Positions 9,108 through 19,089 of a DNA stretch of 56,394 bases are shown piece after piece; the stretch's first letter is position 1, and every line of letters starts with the position of its first letter. Location: NCBI GenBank assembly GCA_011525755.1, contig WYBS01000066.1:1-56394 (forward strand), in the 5' to 3' direction. The notes beneath the pieces were generated by a model, which did no database searches, had not been told where the DNA came from, and worked only from the letters and a program-made list of their open reading frames with translations. The DNA comes from Planctomycetaceae bacterium. GTDB taxonomy: Bacteria; Planctomycetota; PLA2. The position numbers and the translations under genes are program-made.

Positions 9108-9485
9108 CTACCGCGCGACCTGCGGCCAGACGATGTCGTCGTCCGTGCCCGCGCTGCCGTCGGCGCCGACGCAGCGGATGCGCACGTCCATGTCCGCGTG
9201 CTCCAGCACGTAGGGGCGCCCCCACGGGTCGTCGGCGACGTACAGGAACTCCGGCTCACCGGGCTGCAGCGGGACTTGCATGTCGTCGAGGCGCACGGGC
9301 AGCTCGCCTCGGATCTTGGCCCAGAGCCGAGCCGCGTCGTAGTACTCCTTGCACTTGATCTGCGCGATGCTGGTGTTCTTCCGGCCGCATACGAAGTCAC
9401 GGGGGAAGAGTCGAGGACCGAGCAAGGCCAGGAGCCCTGTCGCGAGGAGGAGGAGGGCGCCGGCAAGGCACAGGATCCGCTTCAT
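9108..9485 (-). CDS. membrane-anchored protein with a type II secretion GspG C-terminal-like domain
   Basis: Start chosen at MKRILCLAGALLLLATGLLALLGP. C-terminal 'DDPWGRPYVLEH…VGADGSAGTDDDIVW' resembles the GspG/pseudopilin C-terminal motif. No prepilin N-terminus. Confidence 0.5.
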   Translation of the reverse strand: MKRILCLAGALLLLATGLLALLGPRLFPRDFVCGRKNTSIAQIKCKEYYDAARLWAKIRGELPVRLDDMQVPLQPGEPEFLYVADDPWGRPYVLEHADMDVRIRCVGADGSAGTDDDIVWPQVAR

Positions 9486-9562
9486 GCCATCCATCCGACG
9501 CGCGCGCGGCGGGCGATCTTCCCGGTTACACTGGCCGCGCCGCAACGCGCCCGGAGAACACG

Positions 9563-10405
9563 ATGGCCCTCCGTCGCGCGATCATGCTCGTCTTCGGCCT
9601 CCTCTCGCTCACCGGCGGGGAGACCCTCTGGTGGATCGACGTCCGCCCGCTCCCGCAATGGCTCGTGGCCGTGCCGGGCGCGATCCTCCTCCTCCACGCG
9701 CTGACCGGCCGCCTCGGCCGCCCGGCCACGGCGACCGCGGTCCTGCTCGCGGCGGTCGCAGCGGCGAACACCCTTCGCTACTACGCGCTCCCCTCCGTGC
9801 CCCCGGTCCCCCTGAGCCTCCCCGTCGCGGGACTGCTCGCGCTCGCGGCGATCCCCGGCCGCCCGAGGCTCACGCTGCCCTTCGCGGCGCTCCTCTTGGC
9901 GCTCTTCCCGCTCGCGCACGTCTACACGTTCGGCCGCACGAGCTACGCGCGCGACGCGGACTGGATCGTCGTGCCCGGCGCGCGGTGCTACGCCGACGGG
10001 ACGCCGTCGCAGGCGCTCCGGGAGCGCGTGAGGACCGCGTGCCGGCTCTGGCGCGAGGGGTACGCGTCGCGGCTCTTCCTCTCAGGGGGTCCGGGGGACG
10101 GCGCGACGCACGAGGTCGAAGCGATGCGCGCGCTCGCGATGGAAGAGGGGGTGCCCGCGGGGGAGATCGCGGTGGACCGGGACGGCGTGAACACGCTCGC
10201 GACGATCCGCCACGCGCCGCCGGGGCGGCTGCTTCTCGTGAGCCACTTCTACCACCTGCCGCGCGCGAAGCTGCTCGCGCGCCGCGAAGGCCGCGAGGCG
10301 TACACGGTGCCCGCCGACGAGGAGCGGAGGATCCGCGGCACGCCGCGGTTCGTCGCCCGCGAGATCGCGGCGTTCTGGTGGTACCTGCTGGCGACGGCGC
10401 GCTGA
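9563..10405 (+). CDS. YdcF/ElyC/SanA family (DUF218) protein
   Basis: N-terminal TM helices followed by a DUF218-like domain (…SRLFLSGGPGDGATHEVEAMRALA…GVNTLATI…). Confidence 0.75.
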   Translation: MALRRAIMLVFGLLSLTGGETLWWIDVRPLPQWLVAVPGAILLLHALTGRLGRPATATAVLLAAVAAANTLRYYALPSVPPVPLSLPVAGLLALAAIPGRPRLTLPFAALLLALFPLAHVYTFGRTSYARDADWIVVPGARCYADGTPSQALRERVRTACRLWREGYASRLFLSGGPGDGATHEVEAMRALAMEEGVPAGEIAVDRDGVNTLATIRHAPPGRLLLVSHFYHLPRAKLLARREGREAYTVPADEERRIRGTPRFVAREIAAFWWYLLATAR

Positions 10406-10475
10406 TACAGCGCCTGTCCTTCGGTTTCCTCGGCCTTCGTCCGGTGTCCGGGGTACCCTCATCCGGGAGTTACCC

Positions 10476-10766
10476 ATGGCCACTCAGAAGAAGCAGCCGG
10501 ATCAAGTGCCCCTCGTCTGGGGCGAGGACCCTGACCTGAGGACGATTCACGCCAACCATCTGTGGCTCAGCCGCCAGGAGGACGACATCTTCCTTACGTT
10601 CGGGGAGCTCCCGCCGGTCCCGTCGCCCGGAGCCGAGAAACTGCCCGACAAGGTCTACATCCGGCCCGTGGCGCGGATCGCCGTATCGCCGCTCGCTCTT
10701 GCGCGCATGGCGAAGCTCTTGGAGCAGAACATCGCCGCGGTCGATCGGCACAAGGCAGGTGCATGA
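10476..10766 (+). CDS. small protein, DUF3467-like
   Basis: 96 aa. 'IHANHLWLSRQEDDIFLTFGEL' resembles the DUF3467 core. The stop overlaps the next start (ATGA). Confidence 0.5.
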   Translation: MATQKKQPDQVPLVWGEDPDLRTIHANHLWLSRQEDDIFLTFGELPPVPSPGAEKLPDKVYIRPVARIAVSPLALARMAKLLEQNIAAVDRHKAGA

Positions 10767-11377
10767 GTCGGAGACGCAAGACCTCTCGCGCGACCGACAC
10801 GGCTGGTCTGTCGCCTGGAAGCATGCGGCGGGATGACGACACCAGCCGGCTCGTACGCTTCGCACGGCTCGTGAGACAGCAGTTCGTCTCGCACGGGCCC
10901 GTCGTGCGCGAGTCCGATCTCGAGAAACGACCGCTCTCTCCCGTCGAACGTGCCATTGACGCGTCCCGGTGGATCTTGGATCTCAAGTCGAACTGGGATG
11001 GCGAGGGAGCGGTTTCCTGTGATGCCGCATGGCACCGCGCGACCGAGTACCTGCGCCGGCAGGTGCGTTGGGTCTTCGAGCGCTTGGGCGCGACGCTCGA
11101 AGCGCCCGAGCTGATGCCGTTGGCGGACGGCAGCATCGACATCCACTGGGAGACGCCCGCGTGCGAGCTCCTGATCAATGTGCCGTCTGATGCGAGCCGC
11201 CCGGCGTCGTTCTACGGCGACGATCGCGGCGAACTGAACATCAAGGGGACGCTCGCAACAGAATCCTTCAACGAGGGACTACTCCAGTGGCTGGCAGCGC
11301 GACAACCTTCCGGTGGCCGAGAGAGCACATCCCGAACGACCACCGCCTCCTTTTCCGCGTCCACCGCACATTCGTGA
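10763..11377 (+). CDS. hypothetical protein, translationally coupled to the DUF3467-like gene
   Basis: ATG overlaps the upstream stop. The central region is protein-like (…WILDLKSNWDGEGAVSCDAAWHRATEYLRRQVRWVFERLG…). The C-terminal 30 aa are low-complexity. Confidence 0.45.
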   Translation: MSRRRKTSRATDTAGLSPGSMRRDDDTSRLVRFARLVRQQFVSHGPVVRESDLEKRPLSPVERAIDASRWILDLKSNWDGEGAVSCDAAWHRATEYLRRQVRWVFERLGATLEAPELMPLADGSIDIHWETPACELLINVPSDASRPASFYGDDRGELNIKGTLATESFNEGLLQWLAARQPSGGRESTSRTTTASFSASTAHS

Positions 11378-11673
11378 AGGGAGACGGGTCTCCCGGCGCT
11401 TCCGCGTTTCAGGACAGGGGCGGCGCGATGTCCACCGACTGGGAGAAGTACTCGAACGCGGCGGAGACGCAGGGGCGAGGTCGTGTACCGGCCGACAATG
11501 GAGTCGTGTCGTTCGGCGTCGGCCCGGTCCGCTCGATCCCGCAGGTCGTAGAGCACTCTCCCGCGCACGATAATCGCGCCCACTCCGACGTGCTCGGGGA
11601 GAAAACCCCCGAGGTGCGGCTCTTGCTCCGGCGCCTTGCGCTTTGGAAGATCCGCGTGCCCCCGGGCCGCTAG
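11287..11673 (+). CDS. hypothetical protein or fragment, overlapping the 3' end of the previous gene in another frame
   Basis: GTG-initiated 128-aa ORF with a conserved-looking segment (FQDRGGAMSTDWEKYS…HSPAHDNRAHSDVLGEK). The frame is open from 11191. It could be the downstream part of a frameshifted gene. Confidence 0.3.
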   Translation: MAGSATTFRWPREHIPNDHRLLFRVHRTFVKGDGSPGASAFQDRGGAMSTDWEKYSNAAETQGRGRVPADNGVVSFGVGPVRSIPQVVEHSPAHDNRAHSDVLGEKTPEVRLLLRRLALWKIRVPPGR

Positions 11674-12503
11674 GTGCTCCGGGCGTCCCGGCGGATCGAG
11701 TCGGGGTCGACCTCGCCCGGCTGCCACAGCACGCGGCCTTCCATGCCGCCCGCCACCGTCAGCGATTGGCCGGTCACGTGGCGCGCCGCCGCCGAGCAGA
11801 GCCACACCGCCGCCTTCGCGATGTCGTCCGCCCGCGCGATCTGGCGCAGCGGCATCGTCTGCGCCACGCGGCGCAGCAGGTCGAGGTTATTGAGCTCCGG
11901 ACGGTCCACGTGCGTCGCCGTCCAGCCGGGCACGAGCAGGTTCACCCTGCCCCGCGGGTCCAAGGCAACGATCTCGTTCTTGAGCGTGAGCATCAGCCCG
12001 ACGAGGCCCGCCTTCGCCGTCGCGTAGTCCGCGTAGCCGCGCTCGCCGAACGTCGCCGCCGTCGAGCCGATGAAGAGAAGCGCGCTCCCGTCGGCGCCCG
12101 TGCGGGCGAGCGACGCCATGAACGCGCGCGCGGTCCACACGCTCACGAGGAGGCTCGACTCGATCGTCTCGCGGATCCGCTCCTCGGAGGCCTCGTCGAG
12201 ACGCGCGGAGGCGGGCGGCCGCGCGCCCGCGTTCGCGACGCAGATGTCCACGCGCCCGAACCGCTCCCGCGCGGGCCCCCACGCCCCCTCCAGTTCCGCC
12301 GGACGGCGGGCGTCCGCCTCGACGACCAGCGCGCGGTCCTTCCACGGCCGCGTCGAGAGCCACTCGCGGAGCCTCTTCCCGCCGCGGAACGCGTGGCAGA
12401 CGACGTTGCAGCCCTCCCCGGCGAACGCCTCCGCGATCGCGCGGCCGATGCCGCCCGAGGCGCCCGTGACGAAGGCAGTGCGGCCGTTGAGCCCGAGGTC
12501 CAC
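11670..12503 (-). CDS. SDR family oxidoreductase
   Basis: TGASGGIG Rossmann motif, NAG motif ('CVANAG'), and the YxxxK catalytic pair (YATAK). Confidence 0.85.
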   Translation of the reverse strand: MDLGLNGRTAFVTGASGGIGRAIAEAFAGEGCNVVCHAFRGGKRLREWLSTRPWKDRALVVEADARRPAELEGAWGPARERFGRVDICVANAGARPPASARLDEASEERIRETIESSLLVSVWTARAFMASLARTGADGSALLFIGSTAATFGERGYADYATAKAGLVGLMLTLKNEIVALDPRGRVNLLVPGWTATHVDRPELNNLDLLRRVAQTMPLRQIARADDIAKAAVWLCSAAARHVTGQSLTVAGGMEGRVLWQPGEVDPDSIRRDARST

Positions 12504-12509
12504 GGCGCG

Positions 12510-13703
12510 CTACGGTAGCACGGGCCAGCCCGCGGCGCGCGCGGCCGCGAGCCTGGCGCGCACCTCGCCGAGCGCCGCCTCGCGCTCCGCCGCCGCCGCG
12601 TCGATCAGCCCCTCGATCGAGAAGATCACGTCGAGGAAGGAGCCCTCCCTGCCCTCGAGCTCCGCGCGCGCCGTGCGGAGGATCTCCTGCTGCGCGGCGC
12701 GCCGCATCGTCGCCGCCGAGAGCTCGGCCTCCGCCGCCGCCGCCTCGTGGCGCGCCGCCTCCGCGTCGCGGAGCCCGTCGAGGATCGCCCCCTCCATCTC
12801 GAGCCGGGCGGCGTCGCGGGCCGCCTCCGCCGCGCGCGCCTCCTTCGAGGCGCCGAAGGGAAGCGTGATCGCGACCGCGCCGAAGAAGTCGACCGGGTCG
12901 CCGCCGACCGAAGGGCTCACGACCAGCGCCGGGTACTGCTCCGCGACCGCGCGCCGGAACTCCTGCTCGGCGACCTCGTAGGACGCGAGCTGCCGCTGGA
13001 GATCCGCGCGCGTCTTCAAGATCACGCGCCAGTCCGGCGCCGGGAACTCCGGCCACGGCGACCCGAAGGGCGCGATCTCGACCGCCGCGAGCGGCGATGC
13101 GCCGAGCAGCCGGAGGAGCCGGAGCCGGTTGGCCGCCCGCTCCGCCTCGCGCCGCTGCCGCTCCGCGCGGAGGGACTCGGCCGTCGCCCGCATGACGTCC
13201 TCCGCGGACGCCGGCGCGAAGCCCGCGCGCACGTAGGGCGCCGGGTCGAACGCCGCCTCGGGCATCGGCAGCGACGCGAGCACCCGCTCGATCTCGTACG
13301 CCTCCGCGATCTCGCCCGCGATCTCCCTCGCGCGCTCGTGGTGCGCCATCCACGCCTCGCTCCGCCGCGCGCGCGCGAGCGCCTTGTCCGCCCCGCGCCG
13401 GCCCATGCCGAGAAGCGAGAAGACGTCGAGGACGAGGATCAGCTCGGGGTTCTGGTCGCTGTCGATTCCCGCTTCGAGTTCGGGGGGCTCCGGGGGCACG
13501 GAGACGTTGACCGCCGCGGCGCGCTTCCGGAGCGCGAGGAGATCCGGGTTGTGGAGGATCGCCCACTCGACCGCCTGTTCGTACGGTACCGAGCCCTCCG
13601 GAGGTTCGGGCGCCTCGAGCACCGTCGCCTCCATGTCGACCGGCGCCGCCTTGTAGGAGACGCACGCGCCGAGGAGCAGGAGAAGCGGGAGCGTCCGGGT
13701 CAC
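12510..13703 (-). CDS. TolC-like outer membrane efflux protein (outer-membrane factor of the heavy-metal RND system)
   Basis: GTG start with a lipoprotein-type signal (LPLLLLLGACVSY). Coiled-coil Ala/Arg/Glu-rich repeats typical of outer-membrane factor (OMF) proteins. Position downstream of the pump genes. Confidence 0.75.
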   Translation of the reverse strand: MTRTLPLLLLLGACVSYKAAPVDMEATVLEAPEPPEGSVPYEQAVEWAILHNPDLLALRKRAAAVNVSVPPEPPELEAGIDSDQNPELILVLDVFSLLGMGRRGADKALARARRSEAWMAHHERAREIAGEIAEAYEIERVLASLPMPEAAFDPAPYVRAGFAPASAEDVMRATAESLRAERQRREAERAANRLRLLRLLGASPLAAVEIAPFGSPWPEFPAPDWRVILKTRADLQRQLASYEVAEQEFRRAVAEQYPALVVSPSVGGDPVDFFGAVAITLPFGASKEARAAEAARDAARLEMEGAILDGLRDAEAARHEAAAAEAELSAATMRRAAQQEILRTARAELEGREGSFLDVIFSIEGLIDAAAAEREAALGEVRARLAAARAAGWPVLP

Positions 13704-14173
13704 TTGTGGTCGTGCCCCTCGCCCTCGAGCGGCGACTGGTAGTTCTTGTCGCCGATCTTCACCCGGATCCGGCCGTCCCACGGGTCGGCCTTGAGCCCCT
13801 CGTGCGAGCCCTTCCACGCGGAGGCCTTGCCGTCCGCGCCGGGCTCGACCGGCGTCAGCTCGACCGTGGCCGGGCCGCCCGCCGTCATGATGTTCACCGC
13901 CGGCTTCTCGACCGCGACCGGGGTCTTCATGTCCTCGCCGAGCACGTAGACGGTCATGTTGCCTCCGTCGTGGTCGTGGATGATCTCGAGGTGCGCGGCG
14001 CCGCCGCCGAGGTCGAGGATCTCGCCGCCGTGCGGCGCCTCGCCGTGCTCGTGGGCGTGCTCCTCGCCGGGCGGGTGGTCGTGGCCCTCGTGTTCGTCCT
14101 TCGGCGCCGCCGGCTTGTCGCCGCCGCATGCCGCGACGAGCGCGAGGACGAGAGTGCATTCAAGGATTCGCAT
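13700..14173 (-). CDS. His-rich periplasmic lipoprotein, putative metal-binding chaperone of the efflux system
   Basis: Lipobox LVAACGG. N-terminal HEGHDHPPGEEHAHEHGEAPHGGE and C-terminal EGEGHDHK His clusters. Sits between the RND pump and the OMF. Confidence 0.7.
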   Translation of the reverse strand: MRILECTLVLALVAACGGDKPAAPKDEHEGHDHPPGEEHAHEHGEAPHGGEILDLGGGAAHLEIIHDHDGGNMTVYVLGEDMKTPVAVEKPAVNIMTAGGPATVELTPVEPGADGKASAWKGSHEGLKADPWDGRIRVKIGDKNYQSPLEGEGHDHK

Positions 14174-17100
14174 GGGTTCCTCCTTCGGGTCGTTCGTGGG
14201 TCACGGGCGCGATCCCCTCGAAAAGCTCCTCCGCGACGCGGTCGCGCGGCTCGCGGTGAGTGACGTGGGCCTCGGCCGCGCGCCGCCCGAACGCGAGGAA
14301 GAGGCCGGGGGTGACGATGATGTCGAGCAGCGTGCTCGAGATGAGGCCGCCGAGGATCGCGGTCGCGACCGGGTAGAGCAGCTCGCGGCCGGGCCGGTCG
14401 GGCGTGAGCACGATCGGCACGAGCGCGATCCCGGCGCAGAGCGCGGTCATGAGCACGGGGACGAGCCGCTCCTTGCCCGCGCGGAGGACCATCTCCTTGC
14501 CGAAGGGCATCCCCTCCTCGCGCATCACGTGGAGGTAGTGGTCGATCAGCAGGATCGAGTTCCGCGCGGCGATGCCGGCGAGCGCGATCAGGCCGACGAT
14601 CGTCGCGACCGAGACCGACTGTCCCGTCGCCACGATGAAGAGGACCGCGCCGATCCCCGCCATCGGGATCTTCGCCATCACCTGCCAGGCGAGGTTCAGC
14701 GACCGGTAGTGGCCGACGAGGATCAGGAACATCGTGGCGAGCGCGAGCGCGGAGAGGATCGCGAGACGCCTCTGCGCCTCCTGCTGCGCCTCGAACTGCC
14801 CCGAGAGGCGGATCGAGTAGCCGGGCCGCTCCGCGAGCCGCGCGCGGACCGGCACGAGCGCCCGCTCCAGGTCGCCCACGACCTCGCCGAGCGAGCGCCC
14901 CTGGACGTTCAGCATCACGACGATCCGGCGAGACACGTTCTCCCGGTTGATGTTGTTCGGCGTCCACGTGAGCTCCACGTCGGCGACCTCCGAGAGGACG
15001 ATGCGCTCGCCCTCGGCGCCGTGGAGCGTGAGCTCGGCGATCCGGTCGAGGTCCGACCGGTCCTCCGCCCGGAGCCTCAGCACGATCGGGTACGCGATCT
15101 GCCCGACGACCATGCGGGAGAGCTCGCCGCCCTCGAGCGCGAGCTCGACGACCTCCGCGACCCGCTCGACGGTGAGGCCGCGCCGCGCGATGTCCTCGCG
15201 CCGCGGACCCACGTCCACCTGGCGCATCAGCACCTGCGGCTCGACGATCAGGTCCTTCACGCCGTCGATGTCCGCGACCGCCGACTGCACCTCGCCCGCG
15301 ATCTGCCGGAGCGTCTCGAGGTCGGCGCCGAAGACCTTGATCGCGACCTGCGCGTTGACGCCCGAGAGGAGGTGCGAGAGGAGGTGGGCGAGCGGCTGCT
15401 CGACGGACGACGCGACGCCCGGGAACTCCTGCGCGATGCGCTCGCGGATCTCGCCGATGATCTCCTCGCGGCTGCGGCCCGCGCCGGGGTCGAAGGTCAC
15501 GATCACCTCCGACATGTTGACGCCCTCGGCGTGCTCGTCCCCCTCGCCTCGGCCCGTCTTCCGCCCGAGCATCGCGACCCCCCGGACCCCCTTGATCTCC
15601 TGCTCCAGGCGCCGGGCGAACGCGTCGGAGGTTTCGAGCGAGGCCCCGGGCGGCAGGATCAGGTTGACCTGCGCCGTCCCCTCGTTGAACGGCGGGAGGA
15701 ACTGCGAGCCGCGCGTGCCGAGCACGACCAGCGACACGACCGCGACCGCGCCGACCACCGTGGCGATCTGCGCGGGATGGCGGCAGGAGAAGTCCATCAT
15801 GCCGCCGGCCACGGCCTTCGCGTGGCGCACGACCCACGAGTCCCCGCGGCGCTCCGTCGCCTTCGCGCGCGGCAGCAGGTAGAAGCAGAGGACGGGCGTC
15901 ACCGTGAGGGAGACGACGAGCGAGGCGAGGATGCTCACGATGTACGCCACGCCGACCGGCGTGAAGAGGCGCCCCTCCATGCCGGTGAGCGCGAAGAGCG
16001 GGACGTACACGACGACGACGAGCAGCGTGCTCACGAGGATCGGCTTCCGGACCTCGCTCGATGCCCGGTAGACGACGAGGAGGGGGGGCACGGGGGACCC
16101 GCGCTCGCGGTTCTCGCGCAGGCGCCGGAAGACGTTCTCGACGTCCACGATCGCGTCGTCCACGAGCACGCCGATCGCCACCGCGAGCCCGCCGAGCGTC
16201 ATCGTGTTGATCGAGACGTCGAGCAGCTTGAAGACGAGCGCGGTGATCGCGACCGAAAGGGGCAGCGCGGTCAGGGTGATCGCCGTCGTGCGGATGTTCA
16301 GGAGGAAGAGGAAGAGGATCACGACGACGAGGAGCGCGCCGTCGCGGACCGCCTCGACGACGTTGTCGATCGCGCGGTGGATGAAGCCCGCCTGCTCGTA
16401 GAGCGCGGGGAGCAGGAGGACGTCCTCGGGCAGCGAGGGGGCGAGCGCCTCGAGTTCCTTCGCGACGCGGTCCGTCAGGTCGACCGTGTCCGTCGCCGGC
16501 TGCTTGAAGACGGTGAGGATCACGCCGGGCATGGCGTTGACGCCCGCCTCGCCCACGCGGATCGCCGCGGGGCCGAAGCTCACCTGCGCGACGTCGGAGA
16601 TCCGCACGGGCCGCTCGGGGTCCGCGCGGACGAGCGTGCTCTCGAGGTCCGATGGCCCTTTCACGAGCCCCGGCACGGTGATCGTCGGCCCCTCCGGGCC
16701 GACGGCGAGCACGCCGCCCGAGCCGGCGACGTTGGCGCCCTTGATCGCTTCCGCGATCTCCTCGAGGGTGACGTCGTGCACGCGGAGCGCCCGCGCGTCC
16801 GCGATCACCTGGAGCTGGCGCGGGCTCCCGCCGATCGGCACGACCTGCGCCACGCCGGGGAGCGCGAGCAGCCGGGGCTTCACGACCGTGTCGGCGATCG
16901 CGCGCAGCTCGGACGCGTCCGTCCTCCCGCTCCGGCTCTGGATGCCGATCTGGAGGATCTGGCCCATGATGCTCGAGATCGGGGCCATCGCGGGCTCGAT
17001 GCCGGGCGGGAGCTGCGGCTTCGCGGCGGCGAGCTTCTCCTGCACGATCTGGCGGTTGCGGAAGATCTCGGTCTCCCAGCCGAACTCGACGAACACGACC

Positions 17101-17378
17101 GAGAGGTCGAGGCCCGAGGAAGAGCGCACGCGCGAGACGCCCGTGGCGCCGTTCATCGCCTGCTCGATGGGGCGGGTGACGAGGCGCTCGACGTCCTCGG
17201 GGACCATGCCGTGGGCCTCCGTGAGGATCGTCACCGTCGGCCGGTTCAGGTCCGGGAGCACGTCGACCGGCAGCGAGACCGCGACCAGGATCCCGTACCC
17301 GCAGAGCGCGACCGCGAGGAGCAGGATCGTGCCTCGCCCGCGGAGGCTCGAGGCGATGACGCGGTTGAGGTTCAGCAT
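14160..17378 (-). CDS. CusA/CzcA family heavy-metal efflux RND transporter
   Basis: 1072 aa, 12-TM RND architecture. 'AIGVLVDDAIVDVEN' HME-RND signature. Large periplasmic loops. Confidence 0.9.
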   Translation of the reverse strand: MLNLNRVIASSLRGRGTILLLAVALCGYGILVAVSLPVDVLPDLNRPTVTILTEAHGMVPEDVERLVTRPIEQAMNGATGVSRVRSSSGLDLSVVFVEFGWETEIFRNRQIVQEKLAAAKPQLPPGIEPAMAPISSIMGQILQIGIQSRSGRTDASELRAIADTVVKPRLLALPGVAQVVPIGGSPRQLQVIADARALRVHDVTLEEIAEAIKGANVAGSGGVLAVGPEGPTITVPGLVKGPSDLESTLVRADPERPVRISDVAQVSFGPAAIRVGEAGVNAMPGVILTVFKQPATDTVDLTDRVAKELEALAPSLPEDVLLLPALYEQAGFIHRAIDNVVEAVRDGALLVVVILFLFLLNIRTTAITLTALPLSVAITALVFKLLDVSINTMTLGGLAVAIGVLVDDAIVDVENVFRRLRENRERGSPVPPLLVVYRASSEVRKPILVSTLLVVVVYVPLFALTGMEGRLFTPVGVAYIVSILASLVVSLTVTPVLCFYLLPRAKATERRGDSWVVRHAKAVAGGMMDFSCRHPAQIATVVGAVAVVSLVVLGTRGSQFLPPFNEGTAQVNLILPPGASLETSDAFARRLEQEIKGVRGVAMLGRKTGRGEGDEHAEGVNMSEVIVTFDPGAGRSREEIIGEIRERIAQEFPGVASSVEQPLAHLLSHLLSGVNAQVAIKVFGADLETLRQIAGEVQSAVADIDGVKDLIVEPQVLMRQVDVGPRREDIARRGLTVERVAEVVELALEGGELSRMVVGQIAYPIVLRLRAEDRSDLDRIAELTLHGAEGERIVLSEVADVELTWTPNNINRENVSRRIVVMLNVQGRSLGEVVGDLERALVPVRARLAERPGYSIRLSGQFEAQQEAQRRLAILSALALATMFLILVGHYRSLNLAWQVMAKIPMAGIGAVLFIVATGQSVSVATIVGLIALAGIAARNSILLIDHYLHVMREEGMPFGKEMVLRAGKERLVPVLMTALCAGIALVPIVLTPDRPGRELLYPVATAILGGLISSTLLDIIVTPGLFLAFGRRAAEAHVTHREPRDRVAEELFEGIAPVTHERPEGGTHANP

Positions 17379-17385
17379 GGGCGAA

Positions 17386-19044
17386 TCAACCGTGGCTGTG
17401 GCCCGCGTGCGGGTCCGCGCCGCCGCCCGACCCTGCCTGGAGCGCGAGGGAGAGCGCGTACGCGCCGCGGAGGACGATGCGGTCCGCCTCGAAGATCGCG
17501 CCGTCGTTCGCGACGACGGCGACCCGCGAGTCGAGGTGCTCGACGCGCACCGGCACGGGGCGGAAGGTGTCGCCGTCCTCGAGCAGCACGATCATCTCGC
17601 TGCCGCGGAGCACCACGGCGGACGCGGGCAGCACGAAACGCCCCGGCAGCCGTTCCACCGGCACGTGCACGAGGTACCGGATGCCCTCGCGGAGCTTCCA
17701 CGTCCGGTGCGTCGCGCCGCCCGGATCGACGCGCTCCGCGAGCGGCGCGTTCTGCGCGAGCGCGAACGCGGCCCCGTGCGCGGTGTGATCCTCGCCCGGG
17801 GCGAGCCGCACGAGCGGGAGCCCCTCGAGCTCGGGCGCGGAGCCGGGGACGAGCGGCTCCGCCCGGAGCGCCTCGCCCGCCTCGAGCGCGCCGTGGAGCG
17901 CCGGGAGGTCGGCGCCCGCCGCAGCCATCCGCAGGTACACGGAGCGGCGGTCCACGCACCTCGCGAGGACGTCGCCCGCCTCCACGTGCGCGCCGGGCTT
18001 CACGTCCACGTCGAGCACGTCCCAGTCGGGCGCGTCCGCGGGCGCGCGGACGGTCACGACGGCCGCGAGCGCGCCCGAGGCCTCGAGCGCCATGATCCAC
18101 TCGACGCTCGCGCCCTCCTGGAGGAGCCCCGCGGTCTCGAGGAAGGCCGTCGCGAGGCCCGGCCGCGCACGCACCGCCGCGACGTAGTCGTCGCGGACGG
18201 CATCGGCCGCCACGAGCTCCCCGAGCACCGCGATCGTGTAGCGGAGCTCCCGCACGCGAGGCGGGAGCGTGGCGAGGACGGCGTCGGCCGCGTCGGTCCA
18301 GAGCTGGTTCCGCTGCAGGACGCGGCGGACGGCGTCGGAGGAGATCAGCACGTCCTCCTCGCCCGCCTGCGCGCGGTCGATCTCCTCCGCGGAGAGCCCG
18401 TGCCGCTCGACCTCCTCGCGCGCGAGCTTCAGCGCGTCGCCGGTGCGGCGCTCCTCGTACACGAGGTCGATCTCCGCCTTCGCCGGCAGCGGCTGCGCGC
18501 CGTCGCCCGCGCCGCGCAGCAGCGCGCGCACGCGCTCGAGCTCCTGCTTCGCGATCGCGTGCGCGGCGGCGGCCGACCGCAGCTCGGTCAGCGAGTGGTG
18601 GTAGTCCTCGTCGAGCGGCCGGAGGACCGCGTCCGTGAGCGCGAGCACGGGGCGCGGGAACGGGTCGCGCGCGATCTCCGCGACCGCGTCACCCGCCGCG
18701 ACCTTCTGCCCGGCGATGACGGCGACGCTCCGCACGACGCCCGAGACGGGCGCATGCACCGGCCGGACCGCGGCCGGCAGGAGCTCGACCTCGGCCGGCA
18801 CCTCGCGCGGACGCACGAAGTCGGAGAGCTTGGCCTCGCCGATCTCGACCCCGATGTTTGCAAGCGTCCGCGGCGAGAGCGCGGCGGCGGCGCCCGGGGC
18901 GTGGTCGTCGGTGGTTGCCTCGCGCGAGTGCCCCTGCGACGCGGCGAACCAGCCTCCGACGAGGCCGATCGCGAGCAGCAGCAGCGGCACCGCCGCCGAG
19001 GCGGCGAAGCGGACGAACGGGGGCTTTCGTGTTTCCTCTGACAT
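17386..19044 (-). CDS. efflux RND periplasmic adaptor subunit (CusB/CzcB-like)
   Basis: N-terminal TM anchor. Membrane-fusion-protein (MFP) beta-barrel/lipoyl-like segments. C-terminal His-rich tail (PHAGHSHG). Confidence 0.85.
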   Translation of the reverse strand: MSEETRKPPFVRFAASAAVPLLLLAIGLVGGWFAASQGHSREATTDDHAPGAAAALSPRTLANIGVEIGEAKLSDFVRPREVPAEVELLPAAVRPVHAPVSGVVRSVAVIAGQKVAAGDAVAEIARDPFPRPVLALTDAVLRPLDEDYHHSLTELRSAAAAHAIAKQELERVRALLRGAGDGAQPLPAKAEIDLVYEERRTGDALKLAREEVERHGLSAEEIDRAQAGEEDVLISSDAVRRVLQRNQLWTDAADAVLATLPPRVRELRYTIAVLGELVAADAVRDDYVAAVRARPGLATAFLETAGLLQEGASVEWIMALEASGALAAVVTVRAPADAPDWDVLDVDVKPGAHVEAGDVLARCVDRRSVYLRMAAAGADLPALHGALEAGEALRAEPLVPGSAPELEGLPLVRLAPGEDHTAHGAAFALAQNAPLAERVDPGGATHRTWKLREGIRYLVHVPVERLPGRFVLPASAVVLRGSEMIVLLEDGDTFRPVPVRVEHLDSRVAVVANDGAIFEADRIVLRGAYALSLALQAGSGGGADPHAGHSHG

Positions 19045-19089
19045 GTCCTTCTCCTGGCCTGAACCGAAGTGCGCACGAAGGCGCGCGGC

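Noticed and set aside
10655-11146. 163-aa minus-strand ORF antisense to the 10763-11377 gene
   Set aside because: The plus-strand reading gives ATGA-coupled ORFs with more protein-like sequence.
11212-11805. 197-aa minus-strand ORF
   Set aside because: Arg/Pro/Gly-rich. Overlaps the plus-strand ORF and the end of the SDR gene region. No recognisable features.
13956-18095. 1379-aa plus-strand ORF (and similar 700-1000-aa ORFs such as 46186-49251(-), 50383-52710(+), 53105-55072(-))
   Set aside because: Antisense or off-frame to strongly supported genes (RND pump, adaptor, HEAT protein, E1, metalloprotease). Extreme Arg/Asp/Gly bias. No start context.
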